This document shows, piece by piece, positions 58,661 to 64,000 of a stretch of 64,000 bases of DNA. This stretch comes from an uncultured Verrucomicrobiae bacterium (GTDB lineage: Bacteria; Verrucomicrobiota; Verrucomicrobiia; Chthoniobacterales; JAFAMB01). The notes beneath the pieces were generated by a model. The model worked only from the letters and a program-made list of their open reading frames with translations. It was not told where the DNA came from and ran no database searches. Position 1 is the first letter of the stretch; each line of letters starts with the position of its first letter. The stretch is from NCBI GenBank assembly GCA_963813025.1, contig CAWEXO010000016.1, positions 32,001 through 96,000 on the forward strand, read 5' to 3'. A program made the translations under genes and the position numbers.

Positions 58661-58773
58661 CTGATGACTGATAACCGATGACTGATGGCGGATGACTGAT
58701 GACTGATGACTGATGTCCGATGACCGATGACGATTACTGATGGCCGATTACCAATGACCGATGACCGATGACC
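58661..58773. repeat. heptamer tandem repeat (CYGATGA-like, ~16 copies)
   Basis: Directly visible after the stop codon. Confidence 0.9.
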
Positions 58774-59082
58774 AGGCGCGCGAGAACTACCGCAATGGGA
58801 GGAGCGCGGCGTAGCTGCAACCAAAGCGTCCGCGCAGGTTTCCCCTGACTGGCTGGAAGCCTTTGCAGCGTCCGGGCCGTGACACCGGCATCTCGGCCGT
58901 GTCGGACTCTCCGCGGGCCCGATATCTACATCTGTTTTGATCTTGAATTTGTCAGACGAGACCCGATGCTGTTTGTCGCGAGCAAACCCCAGTTCGCCCA
59001 AGAAACAATCTTCCCTCGGTCGGCGGCTCAGAATGGAGAACTAAGCTCCGGCCATAGGCTCATAAAATAAAAAAAGAAGTCT

Positions 59083-60111
59083 ATGTTGAAAAGACTCTCT
59101 GTTACAGTCCTCCCTGCGTTAGTCCTCTGCTGCTCCTTTGTGGAAGCAGCCTTCGGTCAAGTCGATCATTATCGTTTCGTGATGGTTTCTCACATTGGAT
59201 CCAACGACCCGAACATGAATTGGCTCACCACATCGCTCAAAACCTTCGAACAGAAGTATCCTGATGCGAAGACTGAGTACCTGTCGACGAATGAGTATAG
59301 CCTCCAAAATTTTATCACAATCCTGAACCAGGCGATAGCCACGCACCCGGATGGCATTGCCGTTCCGATTCTGAATAGCGAGGCGCTGCAACCGATTCTA
59401 GATAAAGCCGTCCAGGACGGAATCCCGGTGGTGGCCTTTAATATTTCCGACCCACGTCCACCGGAACAGCGAATTCACTATCTCACTTATGTCGGTGGGG
59501 ACGAATATCTCACTGGCCTGAAACTCGGGCAATACGTGATCGAGCAAGTCAATGCCGGCAACGTGCCGAAGCCAACTAGGGTGATGTGTGCCAATCATGA
59601 TGCCACTCATCAGGGCCTCAAGGCCCGCAGCAGAGGGATGACTGACGCGATGAAGAAAATCGGGGTACCTGTTGAGGATCTGATTATCGGAGCAGATCCC
59701 GCGAAGGCACGCAACATCATGCAGTCCTATCTCAGCACGCACAAGGACGTGAATTACATCTTTTGCTTGGGCACGCTATCCGTTCCTTGGGCCTACAGCG
59801 TTGCCGATGAAATGGGATTGAAGCCGAAACTTTCCGAGAAAGGTCTGACGATTGTCGGGGTTGATGATAGTCCAAACTCACTGGAAGGGATCAAAGATGG
59901 TAAGGTCCTCGCTTCCCATAGTCAGGGCTTCTGGCTCCAGGGTTATCTCCCGATGGAAGTTCTTTACTTCTACAAAAAAATGGGAATGGCTCCCCTCGAC
60001 GACATCATTACCGGACCGATTGTGATCAATCAGAGTAACGTGGATCAGTGGATAAAGATCGTCAAAGGGATCATTGGGGAGGAAGCCTACAAAAAGCAAA
60101 TCACCTGGTGA
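59083..60111 (+). CDS. monosaccharide ABC transporter substrate-binding protein (RbsB-like)
   Basis: Signal peptide; PDGIAV, GIPVVAFN, YVG.DEY..G and Q.FWLQGY. Confidence 0.88.
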   Translation: MLKRLSVTVLPALVLCCSFVEAAFGQVDHYRFVMVSHIGSNDPNMNWLTTSLKTFEQKYPDAKTEYLSTNEYSLQNFITILNQAIATHPDGIAVPILNSEALQPILDKAVQDGIPVVAFNISDPRPPEQRIHYLTYVGGDEYLTGLKLGQYVIEQVNAGNVPKPTRVMCANHDATHQGLKARSRGMTDAMKKIGVPVEDLIIGADPAKARNIMQSYLSTHKDVNYIFCLGTLSVPWAYSVADEMGLKPKLSEKGLTIVGVDDSPNSLEGIKDGKVLASHSQGFWLQGYLPMEVLYFYKKMGMAPLDDIITGPIVINQSNVDQWIKIVKGIIGEEAYKKQITW

Positions 60112-60182
60112 GCAACGCTTTGTGGCCGGTTCGGACTTCCTGACTGATCCGTTCCGGCCTGGAAGAATGCCTGGAAGTATCC

Positions 60183-61133
60183 ATGCGTCGTTTCCTCAGA
60201 CGACCCGATATCGGCATCCTGATCGGCTGTTCTTTTATCACTGCTTTATTCAGCTTTTGGAACCATGACCAGTGGTTCAATTGGTATACGTTTACCAGCA
60301 TCAGCCGGTACACGGCTATCCTTGGTCTCGTAGCAATCGGACAAACCTTTGTCGTTCTGATCCGGGAGATTGATCTCTCCGTCGGCTCAGTCTACGGAGT
60401 GGTCGGGATTTTATTCATTACGCTGGAACATCAGCTTAGCGCGCCATTATCGGCTTTGCTTGCCCTGTTGTTTGCGCTGGCCATCGGCTTGATGAACGCA
60501 CTGATCGTGATCCGTGGCCGGCTCTCTTCGATGATCGTGACCCTGGGCGGTCTCTTTTTTTATCGTGGTCTTGTTTATGTATCGACTCACGGCGGCGTTA
60601 GCGGGCCGCCTCGTGAGGCGCGTCTGAATTGGTTTAACCAACTCCTGGGAGGGCACACGAGGGGGGTTGAGAATGGTCTTCTGCTCTTGGTCGTCTTCGC
60701 GTTTCTGAGCGGGGTACTGCTTTATCATACGACGTTCGGCAATCATTTGTTGGCCGTCGGCGGAAATGCGGCCAGTGCCGAATCCCAAGGCGTTCCGGTC
60801 AAACGGATCAGAACTTGGGCATTTATCCTTTGCTCCTTTTTCGCGGGACTTTCGGCGGTGGTCACTTTGGCCAACGACCCACAGACAAGTGTCTCGTTAG
60901 GTACCGGACTCGAACTGGAGTCGATTGCGGCTGTGGTGATTGGCGGAACACTTTTGACCGGCGGAAGAGGAACGATTCTTGGTACCGTCCTGGGCGCGTT
61001 TTTCTTTACTGCGGTGCGCTCTGAAATGATCGCCCTCGGGGCGCCGCCTTCCTGGTACACATCGTTTGTCGGAGTCGCGCTCCTTCTAGTCGTGACTCTG
61101 AATACGCTCTTAGCAAAGAAACTACGAATCTAA
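60183..61133 (+). CDS. monosaccharide ABC transporter permease
   Basis: EIDLSVGS, IVTLG, AVGGN..A and ELESIAAVVIGGT.L.GG.G. Confidence 0.9.
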   Translation: MRRFLRRPDIGILIGCSFITALFSFWNHDQWFNWYTFTSISRYTAILGLVAIGQTFVVLIREIDLSVGSVYGVVGILFITLEHQLSAPLSALLALLFALAIGLMNALIVIRGRLSSMIVTLGGLFFYRGLVYVSTHGGVSGPPREARLNWFNQLLGGHTRGVENGLLLLVVFAFLSGVLLYHTTFGNHLLAVGGNAASAESQGVPVKRIRTWAFILCSFFAGLSAVVTLANDPQTSVSLGTGLELESIAAVVIGGTLLTGGRGTILGTVLGAFFFTAVRSEMIALGAPPSWYTSFVGVALLLVVTLNTLLAKKLRI

Positions 61134-61198
61134 TGGATCGTCTGATAGGTAAGGACACTCACCTTGGTACAGGACCGGCGGTGCACTAACCATTGAAC

Positions 61199-62005
61199 AT
61201 GGGACGAAGCGCAATGGTCACTCCAAGCGACGACCGAGGCACTAGCCGCCAACCGCTCATTCGTGTCAATGACGTTTGCCTTGCTTATGGTAACTTTCAG
61301 GCTCTCACGAAAGTCAGCGTTGATTTCTTTCCCGGTGAATTGGTCGGACTGGTGGGGGACAATGGAGCGGGCAAGACCACTTTAATTCGCATTCTTTCGG
61401 GTATTATTGCTCCGGATTCCGGCGAGGTTTACTTCGATGGCCAGAGGATTACGAAGTTCTATCCGAAACGCGCCATCGCGCTGGGCGTGGAGTCCATCCA
61501 GCAGACAATCGGTTTATGCGATAACCTGTCGGTTACCCGGAATTACTTTTTGGGGCGCGAATTGGTACGACGAGTCTTGGGACTTCGTTTTCTCGCCAAG
61601 AAAGAGATGCGCGCTGCCTGTGCGAAGGTAGTGCACGATTTCGGACTGCGCACGAGCATTGATGTTGACGATGAGATCTCGTTGTTGTCGGGAGGCGAGA
61701 AGCAAACATTCAAAATCGCGCGCGCAGTCAGTTTTCGTAACCGCGTGATCATCATGGATGAACCAACCAACCACCTTTCCGTACGAGAACGGGCACGAGT
61801 GAACGACTTGGCTCTGCAACTCAAACAACAGGGACTGCTGGTGATTTATATTACGCATGACATCTTCCAAATTCATCGGATCGCCGATCGGATCGTTATT
61901 CTGGAAAATGGTCGCAAGGTGGCAGATGTCCGACGAGACGCGATGAGTGCCGAAGAATTGGAAGAAGTCATCCGTACCGGAGGAATGGAAGCTGGAGGCT
62001 CATGA
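61199..62005 (+). CDS. monosaccharide ABC transporter ATP-binding protein (single domain)
   Basis: GDNGAGKTT, LSGGE, MDEPT and ITH; start uncertain. Confidence 0.9.
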   Translation: MGRSAMVTPSDDRGTSRQPLIRVNDVCLAYGNFQALTKVSVDFFPGELVGLVGDNGAGKTTLIRILSGIIAPDSGEVYFDGQRITKFYPKRAIALGVESIQQTIGLCDNLSVTRNYFLGRELVRRVLGLRFLAKKEMRAACAKVVHDFGLRTSIDVDDEISLLSGGEKQTFKIARAVSFRNRVIIMDEPTNHLSVRERARVNDLALQLKQQGLLVIYITHDIFQIHRIADRIVILENGRKVADVRRDAMSAEELEEVIRTGGMEAGGS

Positions 62006-62976
62006 GCTTGGCAGTGCTGCGATTGATCAGGCGACACCCGGAAACTGGCACGATTGCTCTGGTTGGGATGCTCTCTCTTCTTTTTGCGGCACTGACCCAT
62101 GGATTGTGGATTTCGCTTGGTAACCTTCAATCGTTGCTTCGACTGACGGCGGTGCTGGCAATCATGTCGTTTGGCGAGGCGACCGTTATCAGTACCGGAG
62201 AGATTGATATCTCAGTTGGTTCGACGTTTGGGATCGGCGCATTAACGTTTCTGGGATTGGCTCCGATTGGCGGAAGTCTCATCGCTGCCGCAGCGGCGCT
62301 TGCATCCGGAATATTGATCGGCGCGGTCAATGGGTCTTTTGCTTCCCTCCTCGGACTTCCCTCTTTGATCGTTACCTTGGGAACGTTGTTTCTCTTTCAG
62401 GGCGTTGCCTATGCCGTAACCTTTGGCTTTGCCTTTGCCGCCACGGATAAAGTCAAGCATCAACTGATTTACCAAGCAGTGGGCGGCGGAACGCTCAGCG
62501 GCCTGAATTCTGCCATCCTTTGGGCGGTGATCATTCTCATAGTATTGCAACTCACGATGTTTGAGACACCCCTGGGCAACCGAATCATGGCGGTCGGCGG
62601 CGATGTTGTATCAAGCTACTCGCGCGGAATAAGCGTAAAGAAAATAAAGTTCGGTGTATTTCTTTTGAGTGGTTTTTTGGCCGCGCTCGCTGGCATGTTA
62701 GAAGCGGCTTATATTGGTTACGCCGACGGTAGTTTTGGCGCGTTGATGGAACTGTCGGCGATCGCCGCGGCGGTATTAGGTGGCTGTCATTTAGCCGGCG
62801 GACGGATATCGCTTATCGGCACACTCCTCGGTGCATTTCTGCTTTGCGGAATACAGAGTTTTTTGATTATCCTCGGCTTTCAACCTCAATGGTATATTCT
62901 CACGCTCGGGATCATCGTTGTTTTCGCTAGTCTGCTCGATCGTCTCCTGAGCCGCTTGATTACCAGAAGCCAGTGA
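62002..62976 (+). CDS. monosaccharide ABC transporter permease
   Basis: GEIDISVGS, PSLIVTLG and ELSAIAAAVLGG. Confidence 0.9.
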   Translation: MSLAVLRLIRRHPETGTIALVGMLSLLFAALTHGLWISLGNLQSLLRLTAVLAIMSFGEATVISTGEIDISVGSTFGIGALTFLGLAPIGGSLIAAAAALASGILIGAVNGSFASLLGLPSLIVTLGTLFLFQGVAYAVTFGFAFAATDKVKHQLIYQAVGGGTLSGLNSAILWAVIILIVLQLTMFETPLGNRIMAVGGDVVSSYSRGISVKKIKFGVFLLSGFLAALAGMLEAAYIGYADGSFGALMELSAIAAAVLGGCHLAGGRISLIGTLLGAFLLCGIQSFLIILGFQPQWYILTLGIIVVFASLLDRLLSRLITRSQ

Positions 62977-63153
62977 AAGGCAGTAATCGGCCGGCGCAAA
63001 TGATTCACTGTTTTTGGAAACCGCAGCGAAGTCGTGATTATCCTCTTGTCGAATTTCCAGGTTGACGAAAGATCTTCCCGACGAAGGGTATTGGCGCGGT
63101 ATCGTCAGATAGTCATTAACTTAACCCTAAAACCCGAAACTAAAGGAGACAGC

Positions 63154-63519
63154 ATGGGAAACCCGTTCGTACATGTCGAACTCAACACAACTGATGTCAG
63201 CAAAGCAAAGGCCTTTTACGGGAAATTGTTCGATTGGGAGCTGGAAGATATACCGATGGGAGAAGGAGCCTCCTACACCATGATCAGCGTGGGCAAAGGC
63301 ACCGGCGGAGGGCTAATGAAACATCCCACGCCTGGCGAGCCTTCGGTCTGGTTAGCCTACGTCCAGGTCGATGGCATCGCCGCGGTGACCCAAAAGGCCA
63401 AATCGCTCGGCGCTACGATCGTGAAAGACGTGACAGAAGTGATGGACTACGGGTGGCTAAGCATTATCGTCGATCCGACTGGCGCCACGCTGGGTCTCTG
63501 GAAGCCAAAAGCAGCTTGA
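63154..63519 (+). CDS. VOC family (glyoxalase/bleomycin resistance) protein
   Basis: RBS AAGGAG before the ATG; FVHVEL.T.D...AKAFY..LFDW, WLAY and DPTGA. Confidence 0.9.
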   Translation: MGNPFVHVELNTTDVSKAKAFYGKLFDWELEDIPMGEGASYTMISVGKGTGGGLMKHPTPGEPSVWLAYVQVDGIAAVTQKAKSLGATIVKDVTEVMDYGWLSIIVDPTGATLGLWKPKAA

Positions 63520-63622
63520 TCGCCTTTTCTTTATGCAGCCGAACTCTCCGGCGTAGCCGGGAGTTCGGCTGTCACAGCCTGCATCGCTTGAAAATCCCTA
63601 AGGATTTTCAAGCGATGCAGGC

Positions 63623-64000
63623 TTAGCCGAAACTTCCGATCAAGATACCGGTCAGAAAAACCAGGATGCCGCCGAGCACGACCTGGAACAGAGCCATCAG
63701 CAGGGGAGTGTCCATGTAACGTTTTCTGATCCACGCGATCGCACCTAACTCGATCGCGACGACGACCATCGCTACCCAAATTGCTAAATTGAAATCAGGC
63801 GACAGAAACGGCAGGGTATGGCCGATACCACCCAGAGTGGTCATCCCGCCGCAAACGCCGCCACGCACCCAGGGACGGCCGCGGCCGCTGATGATCCCGT
63901 CGTCGGAAAGAGCTTCGGCAAAGCCCATGCTGATTCCCGCGCCCAAAGAAGCGGCCAACCCGACGAGAAAGGCGGTGAATGAGTTGTGCGTGGCAAACGC
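63623..64000 (-). CDS. VIT1/CCC1-domain iron exporter (MbfA-like), C-terminal part cut by the window edge
   Basis: AFATH..AFLVGLAASLGAGISMGFAEALSDDG.ISGRG.P. Confidence 0.8.
   Translation of the reverse strand, partial: AFATHNSFTAFLVGLAASLGAGISMGFAEALSDDGIISGRGRPWVRGGVCGGMTTLGGIGHTLPFLSPDFNLAIWVAMVVVAIELGAIAWIRKRYMDTPLLMALFQVVLGGILVFLTGILIGSFG

Overview
This is a GC-rich bacterial chromosomal segment, probably Verrucomicrobiota (inferred from protein sequences and intergenic repeat style, not verified). Positions 278-3764 hold a sugar-catabolic cluster: an HPS/KGPDC-type enzyme, a Zn-dehydrogenase and two xylose-isomerase-like TIM barrels, the last one broken. Positions 3915-9699, next to tRNA-Thr and a tRNA-Arg-like 3' fragment, form a collapsed defence island. 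It contains an HNH pseudogene, an Mrr-like gene fused by deletion to a type I HsdR fragment, and a fragmented nuclease-STAND (Avs-like) gene. The rest is mostly intact housekeeping and catabolic genes: clpX-like, recR, mnmA, ispA, nadE, dinB, a tricorn-like protease, tRNA-Asp, rplS, rnhB, rplM, rpsI, GH43/GH51/GH4 glycosidases, two sugar ABC systems and an orphan flavin-dependent halogenase. An IS630 sits inside a hexamer microsatellite. An intact IS110 has a ~390 bp 5' non-coding end whose stem-loops match the reconstructed donor junction and target site, making it a candidate bridge RNA; this is the strongest lead in the window. Intergenic DNA is dense in 6/7/9/10-bp tandem repeats and several REP/MITE-like palindrome families. 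All calls come from reading motifs by eye; no searches or folding programs were run.
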